Assembly: GCA_964016885.1 (NCBI GenBank)
Contig: OZ024740.1
Span: forward strand, 49,166,001-49,230,000
Length of the DNA: 64,000 bases
Direction: 5' to 3'
Source of the DNA: Eledone cirrhosa
Taxonomy: Eukaryota
How positions within the stretch are numbered: position 1 is the first letter of the stretch; every line of letters starts with the position of its first letter. Shown in pieces: positions 26,407-41,395 of the stretch. The notes beneath the pieces are model-generated. The model made no database searches. It was not told the DNA's origin and was given only the letters and a program-made list of their open reading frames with translations. A program made the translations under genes and the position numbers.

Positions 26407-26870
26407 ACGCAGCAGTAGCAACAACTTCAACAACAACGCCTATATGAAATTATATTGTATATCTAACGATAGCAAGATTAATTTATACAACAGCGATCTT
26501 AATGAAAATAACATTATTAAATTTATTAATTAACCTTTCCATTAATTAATGACTGGTATTCCGGAACAACACATTATCCACCGAAATATCTGATAAAATG
26601 ATATTTCATTATCTGCAGAAAATTGGAAACAAATTCTTTCTTTGTTCATAGTTTTTATTTGTGTGAATTTTCTCTCTTTCCATTGTTTATACATTTGTCC
26701 CCAGTTGTCATTAATAGGAAGAAAGGAAATTAATCTATTTAGAGATTCGTTGCGTTAAAAAAGAACAAAGCATCAATAAATTCAGTAAAATACCTGAAGG
26801 TAATTTAACTAAAATGCAACACTCCTTTCGTATTTTTAGACGATTTATTTAACCTTTATGATACAAAACC

Positions 26871-27044
26871 CAGACCTGCCAACCTCACCTTGAAAAAAAG
26901 TGCTCAAAACGGGGAGAAATTAGGCAAAATGGGGAGATTTTACATAATGAAAGCTATACCCATTTTCACAAGAGAAGACAACTCTCATCCATCCCAAAGT
27001 GGGTGGGAGATCTCCCCGTCAGACGGGGAGGGTTGAGAGGTCTG
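26871..27044. mobile_element. MITE, probably hAT
   Basis: TIR-like ends CAGACCTGCCAACCT / GGGTTGAGAGGTCTG; TSD unclear. Confidence 0.55.
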
Positions 27045-27083
27045 CAAACCACGTGAAACTGCCCTTACTTCTATGCTCTAAGC

Positions 27084-27248
27084 CAGGCATGTCAAACATG
27101 CGGACCGCGAGCCGCATGCGGCGCTTTACAAGCACACCTGCGGCCCGCACAAAAGATTTTACAGCGCGAACGTAATATAAAACAAAAAAAATGTGCGCAA
27201 TTAGTTGCCATGTGTGGCCCTCAAGAGACCCTCAGCTTGACATGCCTG
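27084..27248. mobile_element. hAT (Charlie-like) MITE
   Basis: TIR CAGGCATGTCAA / TTGACATGCCTG; 8-bp TSD CTCTAAGC / CTATAAGC. Confidence 0.85.
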
Positions 27249-29854
27249 CTATAAGCCATTTGTTTTAAAGCGTTCGTTCGTAAAATTAAACACATATCAA
27301 ACAAGGTTTCTTTCTTAACTGTCGGAAAATTCTACTGTCTGTATCCCGTTATCAACTACATGCTTTATCCATGACGAACATATCAAACATACACTGACTC
27401 AGTCCATTCAGTTTGTAAATAGGATACCGTGTGGCAGCAGGAATACTTTACATGACTAGGACTCAGTTAACTATTAGACCTGAGTTCAAATCCTCTATGA
27501 GTATTTTTGTTATTGTTTTTGATTTACTCCAGGTCAGCACTTATCTATTGATCAACGTCCTTCCAGCCATGACTAACCCATATTATTCCAAGCATATTGC
27601 GTGTACGGCCATACTCTTTAATATGTCATTTTCTGTTTAAAGTTGGCAGTATGTGATTAGAGGGAGATTTAGTTATATTTTGCCGTCTTGCGACTGCTTT
27701 GAGGCTCTTTCCTTATTACATTCAATTTGCTTGGGTTAGAAAGGAAGGGACTTTGTCAAAACGCCAAGAATTACAAGTCCCTAGCATAGAGGTTCAGGTA
27801 ATAGTTAAAATTGCCGAACATTTATTTATTGGGTACATTAAAGAAGGAAGCCTTTATAATGGTTTATTACAAAACAGCTTCATTATACCATTTAGATATA
27901 GTTTACTATGTATCAATTCTAAGAAACAACTACAGAAACCACGAGACCTGCTTGAAATAATAGTAAAATCTCTCTCAAACAACTCTGTACCGTCGTAAAA
28001 AAGATGCTACTGCCGCAGCTAAAATACCTTTTCAACCTTACTGGATTAGAGCAAGATCAACAACAATAACAACAGCAACAAGAAAAACAATAACTAGCCA
28101 TTCCATTTTAATCAGTAAATCATGCCGAACAAAGCCTTTTATCTCGTTGTTGAGACACTGTAAATTTTGTGAAACTGATTGGAATCGTTACCAAGGAAAA
28201 GCTAGTCACGTCAACAGAGGTGCCGAGCGATCTGAATGAAAAGGATATTCATTAAGAACGAATTAACTGTTAAGATCTTCGATGTAAGGAGATAGAAAAG
28301 AAAAACAAGCCTATTGAAACAAAATCGATTCATGCAATTTTGTTTTTCAAATCACATCAAATGGGAATTTGTTTTAGTAAAATACAACTCTCAACGGTAA
28401 CACAACAGATGACATTTAAATGATTGGATATATCACAGAGGAAATATCTTCTCGATATATTATTATTTTTGTTTTGTTCAAAAAAATTCCAGAAATGCTT
28501 AAATTTTGCGAAAATGAAAAATAGCGTATTTTTTAATGGGATTTCTTTTGTTGGTATATTTAACAACATTTTAGGAATTATAAAAATCGAAGATTTCATG
28601 GTTATCTTGTGTATGCATACATACACGTGTGCTTGCATACGCAGGTGTGTTTATGTAGGTATGTTTGAGTGTGTGCGTGTTTGTGTGTTGGCAGAGAAAC
28701 GATATCATTTGTTGCATGACATTAATGAAGCAAAGAAAGGAATCTTTAAACAGTCACTCGACCTGCTAGAAATAGCAACAACACTCTTTCTTATCTCACA
28801 CCATACGATCCTAAAAACGGAAATAACACATTGGATAATTTTGTCCTAAATACTTATAACAAGGCAGGATGCTCACGACTGGAATGCCTTTTATGATAAA
28901 CCTGATCGATCAGGGTTAAACTTGAACAAAATAAAAACAAGAACAACAACAACATACTCGAATATTATTTACCAATTTGTAACCACGACACGTAACTTTA
29001 ACTATCTTCTTCACTCTCAGATAAAAGACTAGAACCCAGAATTTTTAATTTTTAGTCAGAGGAATTTTTTCAGAGCCTTTGTGTCTGGTAGGAAGAAGAG
29101 AAAAAGTTATTCACAGACAGGAGATCAGGCCCGAATGGTTACAACAGAATAGACTCTGCTAAAGGCACAGACGTGTTATGTGGTGCTGTTAAATCGGGCA
29201 AAGGATTATGACTACAACAACAACAACAAAAAGAAAGTTTGTTCACCTCTCACGGCAATTGAACTTATAAAACTATCCTATCGATTATAAATTGTTACTG
29301 ACACAGACTATCACTAGCTTTTCTCGATTCCGGATTTTATCACATACTCTTAATAGCCCCCACTCCCATAAAAAGCCACCCCCAACAACAAAAACAAACA
29401 AACAAATAAACAAACAAACAAAACAAACTAAAATAAATTACAAAAACGAGAACTGACTCTACAGAAATAATATGCTTATCAACTAAATTATGATTAAAAA
29501 AATCTAGTGTTAGTAGTTTGTGTGACACAGAGCAACAGATTTTATCGACAGAAGTTAGTTGCTGAATGATTCATATCAATTGGAAATGTTTATCAAGTTT
29601 TTTGTTTCTAAATCTCTTCATGGACGGACATATAAAAGCAACCGGAAGCCAGTTTATAAAAACATACGGCATCAGTAATGGGTGGTAAATTGACATTGAC
29701 TGATAGAAATTTCATAGACAGATGAATTTACTTTCTCTTGTAATGGAAGATAAACGATTAGTAATATGATAATACATATATACACACATACATATATACA
29801 CACATACATATATATACACACATACACGCATACATAATTACACATGTGTGCGTG

Positions 29855-29909
<55 letters not shown>

Positions 29910-30040
29910 GCAGATAGAATGATAGAGAGAGAAAACTTTTCCTTACAAGAACAGAAAGAGACCATATTTAAATAAAGTATTCGATACATTAAACATCATC
30001 TAACTATATATACCAATACTAATCTATATATATATATATA

Positions 30041-30937
<897 letters not shown>

Positions 30938-30954
30938 TTATGTATATATATATT

Positions 30955-31013
<59 letters not shown>

Positions 31014-31100
31014 ATATATATATATTTATGTATATATATACTTATGTATATATTTATGTATATATATATTTATGTATATATATATATATATATATATATT

Positions 31101-31159
<59 letters not shown>

Positions 31160-31254
31160 GTATATATATATTTATGTATATATATATATATTTATGTATA
31201 TATATATATATATTTATCTATATATATATATATATATTTATGTATATATATATA

Positions 31255-31430
31255 TGGTTGCTAGACACTACGGCTTAATACGGGATGTTTGTTTACAAAC
31301 ACACCGAGCATTATAATAAATGTTCGGTGAATCCATACGTACATATATATGTGTGTGCATGTATGTATATATATATATACATACTACTGTACGTCTGTAT
31401 ACATATATGTATGTACGTGTACATACTTAT
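31255..31430 (+). repeat. Dispersed (TA)n-associated repeat; copies at about 34600-34850 (inverted pair) and 35115-35300
   Basis: Shared CGAGCATTATAATAAATGTTCGGT..CATACTACTGTACGTCTGTATACAT. Confidence 0.7.
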
Positions 31431-31738
31431 ATATATATATATAATAAATACAATATCGGAGAAAGCTTTTTAGCCATACCCCGGCCAAATTCCAACTCAC
31501 TCAACAAACATTAGGAAATAAGTGATTATATTCCCAATTATGTGTTCGGAGTGCTAACTAAAAGTATTGCGTGGAAAATTGGCTGTATTATTTCAAATGA
31601 GACATATCTAATATATCTCTTCCCAGACGGACGTCTCGTTTCATTATAGGATTCCTACAATTTGGGTGAAATTATACCAATTTATGCAGGAGCTTGTATA
31701 CCATCAATAGATATATATTCAAGTGGGCTCCTATAATT

Positions 31739-31815
<77 letters not shown>

Positions 31816-31976
31816 AAAAGAGTCAGGACCCCGACGGCTGTTTCGACAGCTGTCGAAACGGCCGGAGCTCTGACGTCAGAGTCCTGACTCTTTTCCTATT
31901 ACCCACTCTACTACCCTAAGTATTGAGTATTCTGGTACATTATGGTCCACCGGGTATCTTACCACACCATTTTTGT

Positions 31977-32020
<44 letters not shown>

Positions 32021-32104
32021 TAAGAAAGAGTGACACCAAGAAAAGTGATAGAACTTTACCTGTATGCATGCATCTATGTATGTATGTATATATATATATA
32101 TATA

Positions 32105-32600
32105 TGTAATCTGAGTTTTTCGAATATTAATAATAATATTCGATTCGTTTGCAATTATGCAAACAAGCCTCATTTTTAAAGCCATGTCAGTAGAATGAGC
32201 CCCTCATTCTTGTTCTTGTGTTGGCATGTAAACAGAACTGCAGACACCAATGTTTCTGGATATTACCCTTCAACAGTACAGCTGACTGTTCACCTGCCAA
32301 CTGTCAGAGCTAGTCAAAATATTTGATATTTTCTAAAATATACAGTGACTGATCGGCCGGATTTGCATATTAGCAGACTGGCTGATCAGTCAGATCTACA
32401 TATTAGCAGATGGACTGATCAGCGAAATTTGCATATCAGCAGACTAGCCAGTCAGTTTCCTGTATACGAGAGATCAATGACCGGCTTTGCCATATTAAAA
32501 AAAATCTTTTTCGCTCTACATGGCTGAATACAATAAATGTAATCTGAGATTTTCGAATATTAATAATAATATTTGATTCGTTTGCAATTATGCAAACAAG
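32105..32600. repeat. (TA)n-flanked element with a terminal direct repeat; rearranged homolog at about 1960-2540
   Basis: 32105-32170 is repeated at about 32538-32600. 2349-2458 matches directly, and 2470-2536 matches about 32415-32485 in inverted orientation. Confidence 0.7.
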
Positions 32601-32612
32601 CTTTAAAAATTA

Positions 32613-32675
<63 letters not shown>

Positions 32676-32921
32676 GAACGAATGCGGACGTTTCTTGTAT
32701 TCGTCTTATTCGGGAAACCTCTGGTAATGAGGTAATTATATTGTATTGTTTATTATACATTAAATTTAGCTCTGTAACTTACATAGAGCACTCTTCACTC
32801 CTATAACTTTTTCAATTTTCACCGGAAACTTCAATACCTATATATATATATATATATATGGCGTCCGACCCTCTACTGATACTGCCAATCAGCAAGTGGA
32901 TATATATATATATATATATAT

Positions 32922-33046
32922 ATTGACCCGTAAGGATGAAAGGCAAAGTTAACCACGGCGGCATTTGAACTCTGAATGGCAAGGGCCGTAACTCTATGCG
33001 TCAAAGCATGGCGTCCGACCCTCTACCGATAATGCCAATCCACCGC
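32922..33046 (-). mobile_element. tRNA-derived SINE (5' part)
   Basis: Reverse complement of head and core. Confidence 0.8.
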
Positions 33047-33075
33047 ACATATATATATATATATTGGTAATCCAC

Positions 33076-33128
<53 letters not shown>

Positions 33129-33416
33129 AAGTATATCCATAGAATCACTTGATAAAATATATACACCATCTCCTCTCCCAATCAGCATAATCAACCACAC
33201 AAAAAACCAATTAAACCAGGCTATAAGAGTAAAAGACACCTATGAAGAAATAATAGATAAATAAACGACAGCTATCTATTCGCGATCAACAGCTATAGAA
33301 TATTTAACCAGCATTTCAATAGCACGTGGAAATCGATTAAATATATCGTCAACCATACACAATTAGGTATAAAATCAAAGTTAGAAGAACAAATGTGTAT
33401 AAACTTACCAAAATTA

Positions 33417-33498
33417 CGTTTCTACCCCATGGGATTTCATTCGCTTTTGGAAATATCCGATCAAGGATAAATTAACGCTTCGAAATCATCAGGAAACA
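33417..33498 (-). ncRNA. Type I hammerhead ribozyme (homolog of 3482-3563)
   Basis: UGUUUC-CUGAUGA-U-UUCG..CGAA-U-GAAA-UCCCAUGGGG-UA-GAAACG. Confidence 0.8.
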
Positions 33499-33867
33499 AA
33501 CTCACTTGGACGAAGATTTTTCTTAAATGACCCCGCCAGAAACGAATTCAAAATGGCTAAGAACTGTGACGTGGCAGTGGTCAAGTCAGAAAGAATGTGA
33601 TTGGTGCCTTACGGCGAAGGTGTATATATTTTATCAAATGGTTCTATGGACATACTTTATTGTATATTGCTCTGATTGTTGATTATTTAATTAATTAATT
33701 CGTCATTGAGCCACATCGTGAATGGTTGCCAAAAACATATATATATATATATATATATCTATGACTTTGTCTAGTTTGTGTATATGTAAATATTTATATA
33801 TATAAATATATATATAAAATAAACTAAAATAAATAAGTCAAATGTTTAAAATTTGGCTTCGTTTATT

Positions 33868-33922
33868 ACTGCTATATATATTTCGGTGACAGCCATCTTT
33901 GGCTGTGACCTCTTCAGGCAGT
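33868..33922 (-). ncRNA. Type I minimal hammerhead ribozyme
   Basis: ACUGC-CUGAAGA-GGUCACAGCC-AAAGAU-GGCUGUCACC-GAAA-UAUAUA-UA-GCAGU. Confidence 0.9.
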
Positions 33923-34060
33923 CCGAATTAGTGTGGTAGAGACGAGTACACATGTTGTTGAGGTGTTTAACTCTGTCAATACTCTGATTTGCCCAGTTCC
34001 TGGTTGGGTTGTTATTTCAGAGGAACTGGAATCATCCTCAGAAAATAACAGCCCAACCAC

Positions 34061-34098
<38 letters not shown>

Positions 34099-35036
34099 GT
34101 GTGCATGTATATATATATTCGATATTAATTTAACAATGAAAATAATAGCAACAAAGTCAAGTTATTTTACCTATTCATATCATTGTTTAACGATCGTTTC
34201 GGAGGGTTGATCATATTGACATATAGACTGATCTATAGCAGTTATATAACTGTATACTATCAGACTTCAAATATGGGTTCGATCAGACCCTCCGAAACTA
34301 TCGTAAAACAATGATATAAATAGGTAAAATAACTTGACTTTGTTGTTATTATTTTCATTGTTAAATTAATATCGAATATCTGACTCTGAATCTATGGAAT
34401 TAACTCAGCGAAACACGGAACCTTCTATGGATTTCACTGGATTATTCGCTATCAGATTACATTGAGTTCTATTTACGGTACATACTCTACCACGAAGGGT
34501 AGACCACATTGAAAAGTATATATATATATATATATATAAATGGAATAGAATGAAACGAAATTTCATTTCTCACTCTTAGTACGGCAGTTACTTAAATGTA
34601 AGTATGTATGTATGTATGTATACGTACTTACATATATGTATACAGACGTACAGTAGTATGTATATATATATATACATACATGCACACATATATATATGCA
34701 CGTATCGGTTTACCGAACATTTATTATAACAAACAAACCGAGCATTATAATAAATATACGTGCATATATATATGTGTGCATGTATGTATATATATACATA
34801 CTACTGTACGTCTGTATACATATATGTATGTACGTATACATACATACATACTTACATTTAAGTAAGTGCCGTACTTAGAGTGAGAAATGAAATTTCGTTT
34901 CATTCTATTCCATTTATCGTTTTCGGTGCGCCCAGCCGACTAAACTCACTCGATATGCAAATTAGGCTGCTCAGCCGTTAGTATGCATAAGGAAAGTATA
35001 TACTTTCAGACGTTCAACCATCTGGCAGGAAGGTAT

Positions 35037-35079
35037 ACGATGCTGACGATAGCTAATAAGCTTAAAACTAGTACATCGT
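35037..35079 (+). ncRNA. Hammerhead motif with a G12A core substitution (probably inactive)
   Basis: ACGAUG-CUGACGA-U-AGCU-AAUA-AGCU-U-AAAAC-UA-GUA-CAUCGU. Confidence 0.7.
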
Positions 35080-35349
35080 TCCTGTGTCAGTATTGAACAA
35101 AAAGGTGATGTGGTCGCCTAAACACTGTACGGCGTAATTCGGGCTGTTTGTTTGTTTACAAACAAACAAATCGAGCATTATAATAAATGTTCGGTAAACC
35201 GATACGTGCATATATATATATATATGTGTGCATGTATGTATATATACTACTGTACGTCTGTATACATATATATATGTACGTATACATACATACTTACATA
35301 TATATGTATATGTATACATATATATATGTACGTATACATACATACTTAC

Positions 35350-35381
<32 letters not shown>

Positions 35382-35422
35382 GTACACACACACACATATA
35401 TATATATGTGTGTGTGTGTATT

Positions 35423-35493
<71 letters not shown>

Positions 35494-35739
35494 ACACACA
35501 CACACATATATGTCAAAGGTATATATTGAGTTAGAAACTCAAAATAGTCTCTTACAATTAAATCGCTTAAGGAAAGAGGTTATTCCAAGCCGTGTAATAT
35601 AATTGAATATAAAAGAGAGATAAACAGATATATACATATATTTGTTCAAATCGTAAAGGACCAGATTTGAACACATATATGTATATATCTGTGTTTATCT
35701 CTCTTTTATATTCAATTATATATATATATATCACCTTGA

Positions 35740-35965
35740 TCACCTTGACCGACCAGTCTGTCGGGCGCCATTCGGCGCCGCTGGTCACAGCACGTGCTGT
35801 TTTAGCCATACGATGACGCCATCCCATGGCTGGGCGGGCAGGCCGTAATTCTAAAGTCTGTCCTAAGCCAGAAGGCTCATTTGGCCGGTGCTTATCCCGG
35901 TTTCATGGCGTGAAGCGACTGAGAGTACAAGACTCCCCCCTGGACAGGACGCTAGTCCATCGCCT
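35740..35965 (-). mobile_element. V-domain-like SINE fragment
   Basis: The minus strand reads GCGATGGACTAGCGTCCTGTCCAGGGGGGAGT, resembling the V-SINE conserved domain. Confidence 0.55.
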
Positions 35966-36070
35966 CGTGAAATAAATACGTTTGTTCATATTTTGTTATT
36001 GTGTATGCAAATATATCTGTACACGAATATATAATTATATATATATATATATATTAAAATAACAGATTAA

Positions 36071-36120
36071 AGTTTAAGCAAAGAATCGCTGCTTTCACCC
36101 TTAACGGGATCTTCTGAAAT
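36071..36120 (-). ncRNA. Hammerhead-like motif with a CAGAAGA core (copy of 59738-59788)
   Basis: UUU-CAGAAGA-U-CCC-GUUAA-GGG-U-GAAA-GCA..UGC-UU-AAA. Confidence 0.55.
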
Positions 36121-36169
36121 TAAAAAAAATCAATCTGTGAACGCAGAAGTAAATATTTCGAAAAACGTT

Positions 36170-38612
36170 TGACTTCCTGCTAGTTAGACAGCGAGACAGA
36201 CAGATGGTATCAAATACTACGGCATACCCCGGGGAAGAATGTACCCCACAACATAGGTTAGTCGTTAGTGACATCTCAGTAAGCAAGAGAAAGAATAAGA
36301 CATACAGGAAGGTGTGGAAAAAAGGTCTGGAAGCTAAAATACCTTTCATTAAAATATAAATTTAGCAAAGCTCTTCAAGATGTGTGTGACGAAAAAGAAG
36401 ACGATTTAGAGTTGTATGACATAGATAATAACTGGAATTTCTTGCGTGACAACTTACTGCAAGCTACTGAAGAAACTTGTGGTTGGGGCAGAGCTTCAAC
36501 CAGACAGGGAGTGACCTGGTGGTGGAACATCACGGTAGATAGGGCCATTAGAGACAAAAACTGGCATGGAAGGCTTGGAAAAATGGTGGGAGTAGAGAAG
36601 GATACATAGCCGCTAAGAGAGAAGCTAGACGTAAGGTGTACTTAGTACGCAGGGAGGTTGAGAGTAGGAGGTTTGCCAATGTTCTGCGACGGGAAGATCA
36701 GAGACGTGCGGTGTTCCGCATTGCAAGACAGTGTGTCAGTGCAAATCAGGATGTTGTTAAAGATAAGTGTGTCCGGAATGATGCCGGTGTACTTAGTGTC
36801 ACGAATGAGCAAAAAAAGGAGGCCTGGAAATGTCATTATGAGAGACTGATGAATGTGGAGAACGAATGGGAGAGAGAGAAATTACCCCCAGTAGACCCGA
36901 CAGAGGGACCAGCTATTGAGATTGACGAATATAGGGTACAAGAGGCATTAAGGAAATGAAGAATGGTAAGGCTGCTGGACCGTCGGGGATAGTTGCTGAG
37001 ATGCTGAAGGCACCAGGAGAAGTAGGCACTAAACTAGTTGCACGCATCATTAATCAAGCTATATATGGTGGTGTCATACCCAAAGACTGGTGCAGCAGTA
37101 TTCTCATAAATTGCTACAAAGGTAAAGGGGATGCTCTAGAGAGGAGCAATTATAGGGGCATAAAGCTGATGGATCAGGTTATGAAAGTGGCAGAGAGAAT
37201 ATTAGTGCAACTGATTAGAGAAAGGGTCAAATTAGATGAGATGCAGTTTGGTTTTGTGCCTCGGAAAAGTACAACAGATGCCCTCTTCTTAGTGAAGCAA
37301 CTACAAGAGAGGTTCTTAGAGAAGAATAAGCCACTATACTTAGCTTTTGTTAACCTAGAGAAGGCCTTTGATAGGGTACCCCGATCTGTCATCTAGTGGT
37401 CCCTAAGGAAACTAGGTGTAGAGGAATGGCTTGTGAGGACAGTGCAAGCTATGTACAGGGGTGCTGTCAGTAAAGTGAGAATAGGAATGGAGTTTAGTGA
37501 GGAATTCCAGATACAAGTAGGTGTACATCAGGGTTCGGTCATCAGCCCACTCTTGTTCATTATAGTCCTCCAAGCCATAACAGAGAAGTTTAAGACTGGA
37601 TGCCCATGGGAACTTCTCTATGCTGATGATCTGGTTCTTATAGCAGAATCAGTAGAAGAGCTAGAGAATAAATTCTGGCTATGGAAACATCAGTTGGAAT
37701 CAAGAGGCCTGAGAGTGAACATAGCTAAAACGAAAGTGTTGATAAGTAGAAGAGAGGACAATACTCTGATTCCACCAGGGAAATGGCCATGTTCGATATG
37801 TAGGAAAGGAACTGGCATAAACTCCATAAAATGTACGCAATGCAGATCTTGGGTACACAAGAGATGTAGTGGGATAGCAGGCAAACTAACAGGTAGGGAA
37901 AACTACGTATGCAGTAAATGTACAGGGAAAGTTGGCAGTAGTAATCGCAGTGGTAGACACATTTTTTCAATGTAAGTGGGTTCTATAGAAGTGGTTGATA
38001 GCTTCCGGTACCTAAGTGATCAGATTAGCATGGGAGGGGGTGTTCCGAGGCCATAGTATCTAGAATAAGGACGGGTTGGAAGAAGTTTAGGGAGCTGCTT
38101 CCTCTGTCGACAAAGAAGGGTTTCTCCCTGCATACGAAAGGACGGTTATATGATGCCTGTGTGAGATGCGCGATGCTGCATGGTAGTGAGACATGGGCAG
38201 CAACTGCAGAGGGTATGCGACGGCTGGAGAGAAATGAAGCAAGTATGCTCCGTTGGATGTGCAATGTCAATGTGCGTGAACGACCAAGCATGGACGAGTT
38301 GAGAAAGAAACTGGGTATAAGAGAGATAAGTTGTGGTGTGCAGGAAAGAAGGCTGAGATGGTATGGGCATGTGATGCGCATGGAGGATGACTGCTGGGTA
38401 AAGAAGTGCCAAGAAATCCCAGTAGAAGGAAGAGGCAGTAGAGGTAGACCACGAAAAAGATGGGCGGGGGTGGTTAGAGCAGACCTCAGTTCGCTGAAAC
38501 TCACCGAGAAGATGATGAAAGACCGTGACAAGTGGAGAGATGCTGTGCTGAATAGGACCCGTCCAACCCTTGCAAGCAGGGAAACGCGGATGTAAAATGA
38601 TGATGATGATGA
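36170..38612 (+). mobile_element. 5'-truncated RTE-clade LINE with an internal PHD finger and a (GAT)n tail; ORF disrupted
   Basis: EECTPQHRLVVSD (end of APE domain), KAAGPSG, NYRGIKL, QFGF, LEKAFDRVP, GVHQGSVISP, YADD, HGSETW, RLRWYGHV, GRPRKRW. Confidence 0.93.
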
Positions 38613-39018
38613 TATATATATATATATATATATGAACGCACACACACACATACACATATATATATTTGAAGGTATAGAAAGACAGAAATTTAGATACTCA
38701 CCGATAAAAATAAAGAACCAATGAGAATGATTTGAGAGAATAGATAGAGTACTTATTGTATAAAATATATTATCTAAATAACTACGATATTTGAAGAATA
38801 AGGTTTGACTATGTTAATCGCTGAGATACTTTTATGGTCGTGTGAAAATGTGATAAAACGCTTCTGTTAGAAGGATCAACCTCGTGTCTAGTCAAAAGTA
38901 TATTCCTTGCGTACATTTATGGCCATTTTACTTATTTCGTATTTAAGAGAATAGGTGACTTGGTACTGTCTTTATCCCTGGAAAATAGCTTCAAAAGTGT
39001 GTGAGAGAGTGTGTGAGT

Positions 39019-39108
<90 letters not shown>

Positions 39109-39559
39109 AAGGGGTCATATATTACAAATATAATGCCGTTCATAAATACAAAGAAGCTAGAGAGGGAGATATACAGAAAGTGAGAAAGAAGGACAGAAAC
39201 AGTCACAAAAGATTTGAAAGGGAAATGGCGGTTGATAGAAAGTGATAACGAAAAAAAAAGAGACTGAAAAAAAAAAAATGAAAGAAAGAAAAGCAATTGC
39301 TTTTAGTTCGAAATAATAGCCATGAAATGGCGTTAGAAAATTTACACAGAAATAAGTAATAAATAAAGTAACAAAAGAAAGTTAAATGGTGAAATTTTTC
39401 ACTGAATATGGCGTATTTTAGTCTGTTGTTGAAATGCCAGACGGAAAAGTCGTCATTCAACTGGAAAAAATTGTTCCTAACCATTAATTTGATTGTCAGA
39501 AATTGTAGAATAAACATCAGAAGATTAAGTAAGAAAATGGTAAGCGAAACAGAGAAAAG

Positions 39560-40075
39560 CATATTCGAGACTGTACATCCCCCACACAACACGCACTGTC
39601 ATACCGTTACAGAGCTGGCCGCCTCCCACACCATACTGCTCTCAACGAGATCATAAAGCATGGTCTGGACGGTGCAGACTTCTCTTCCCAGCTTCAGCCA
39701 GCGGTGCTGGACCGAGGGGTCGGCAAAAGACCAGACAACATGACAATCTTCCCATTCCGCATGGGTAGACCTCTCATCTGGGATGCTACATGCTGTGACA
39801 CCTTCTCTAGTGGCTACCAGCTACCAGCGCAGGCTCTGTCCAAGTATCGACCGCTCTCTGATAGGTTTGTGGTAGAGCCTGTAGCAGTGGAGACTTCCGG
39901 CGTTCTTGGACCCCGGACCACACACCTACTCAGAGCTATCGGAGCGGAGTTGGCTGCCTGCAGGTACGAGCCCTGCGAGGTGGAATGGCTGTTCCAGCAC
40001 GTCTTCCTCGTTGTCCTCCAGGGTAATGTATTCTCCATCCTGTCGGCCGGGACCCAGAGGTGGAGGGTAAATTAG
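39560..40075 (+). pseudogene. CRE-like RLE non-LTR retrotransposon 3' fragment
   Basis: HALSY..AGRLPHHTALNEIIK, then GKRPDNMTIFPF..PLIWDATCCDT..KY..EPVAVETSG (PD-(D/E)xK nuclease). Confidence 0.8.
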
Positions 40076-40621
40076 TTGGAAGTGGACGTCCACACATTTC
40101 CTCTTCTCACTCCACTTCCACTCACTCTATGTATTATGTATGCGCTTCTTCATGGAAGGAGATTCAAAGTAACTTTTTATTTTTAAAGATGGAGAGTTCC
40201 ATAAACTTAAAACAATCCTCTAAACAAGACAGACAAAAAAATATACTTTTCTTTAGTTTTCTTTTCTTCACGTAGGCGCGCGTAGCACACACACACGCAC
40301 ACATACTGATGTACACATTCTCACCCACACATATTCACATAATAGACATACTTACAAACATATTCACATGGTCATTCTTTATGCACATATCCACATATTC
40401 ATACATGAAGGAATTTGTTATACTGGAGTGATAGATAGCTTGACATGAAGAGGATAGAGGTAATGAGGATAGAGAGAGGAAGGGAGATAGAGAGAAGGAA
40501 AAGGATAGGCGAGAGGAATGGTGGAGGAGATAAGAGAGATAGATAGGAAAGAAGGGGAAAGAAGGATAGGAGGGAGGAGAGGAAGAAGAGATAAGAGATG
40601 TAGGAGAGAGGGGAGATATTA

Positions 40622-41090
40622 ATGATAATTGTGTCTACTTTTGGCACAAGGCCAGCAATTACCCAGTACATTACTGGTACTTTATTTTATCGACCCCGTA
40701 AGGATGAAAGGCAAAGTTAACATCGGTGGGATTTGATCTCAGAATGGCAAGGGGCGTAACTCTATGCGTCAAAGCATGGCGTCTGACCCTCTACCGATAC
40801 TGCCAATAACATCACGACAACGGTGATGGCGGAAGTTAAGACGACAACAAGGTTGAGGTCGATGCTGTTATGGAGGAGGAAGATGATGAGGGTGATAATG
40901 ATAATTGTTTCTACTTTTGGTACAAGACCAGCAATCACCCCAGTGCATTACTGGTACTTTATTTTATCGACCCCGTAAGGTTGACAGGCAAAGTTTTAAC
41001 CTCGGCGGAATTTGAACTCAGATCATAAAGGGCCATAACTCTATGCTGCAAAGCATGGCGTCCGACCTTCTACCGATACTGCCAATCTAC
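40622..41090 (-). mobile_element. Two tandem tRNA-derived SINEs (40622-40806 and 40899-41090)
   Basis: Reverse complements of the full SINE consensus. Confidence 0.85.
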
Positions 41091-41099
41091 TACCCTTAT

Positions 41100-41122
41100 G
41101 GGTGATTATGATAATGATGGTA

Positions 41123-41158
<36 letters not shown>

Positions 41159-41290
41159 GCAATGTTGACGTTGTGATAATTATGATGATGGTGATGAGGA
41201 GGAAGATGATGATGATGATGATGGTGATAATGATGTTGATGTTGATGAAGAAGATGATGAGGGTGATTATGATAATGATGGTAATAATGT

Positions 41291-41321
<31 letters not shown>

Positions 41322-41395
41322 CTTGACGTTGGTGAAAAGTATGATGATGGTGATGAGGAGCATGATAATGATGAGGAAGATAATGATGATGGGTA
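41100..41395. repeat. Degenerate (ATG)n microsatellite
   Basis: GAT/ATG tract; source of the poly-His/Met/Ile ORFs. Confidence 0.9.

Noticed and set aside
34005-34055. CUGAGGA..GAAA on the minus strand
   Set aside because: The intervening bases do not pair and there is no suitable NUH/helix I; it is a short imperfect inverted repeat
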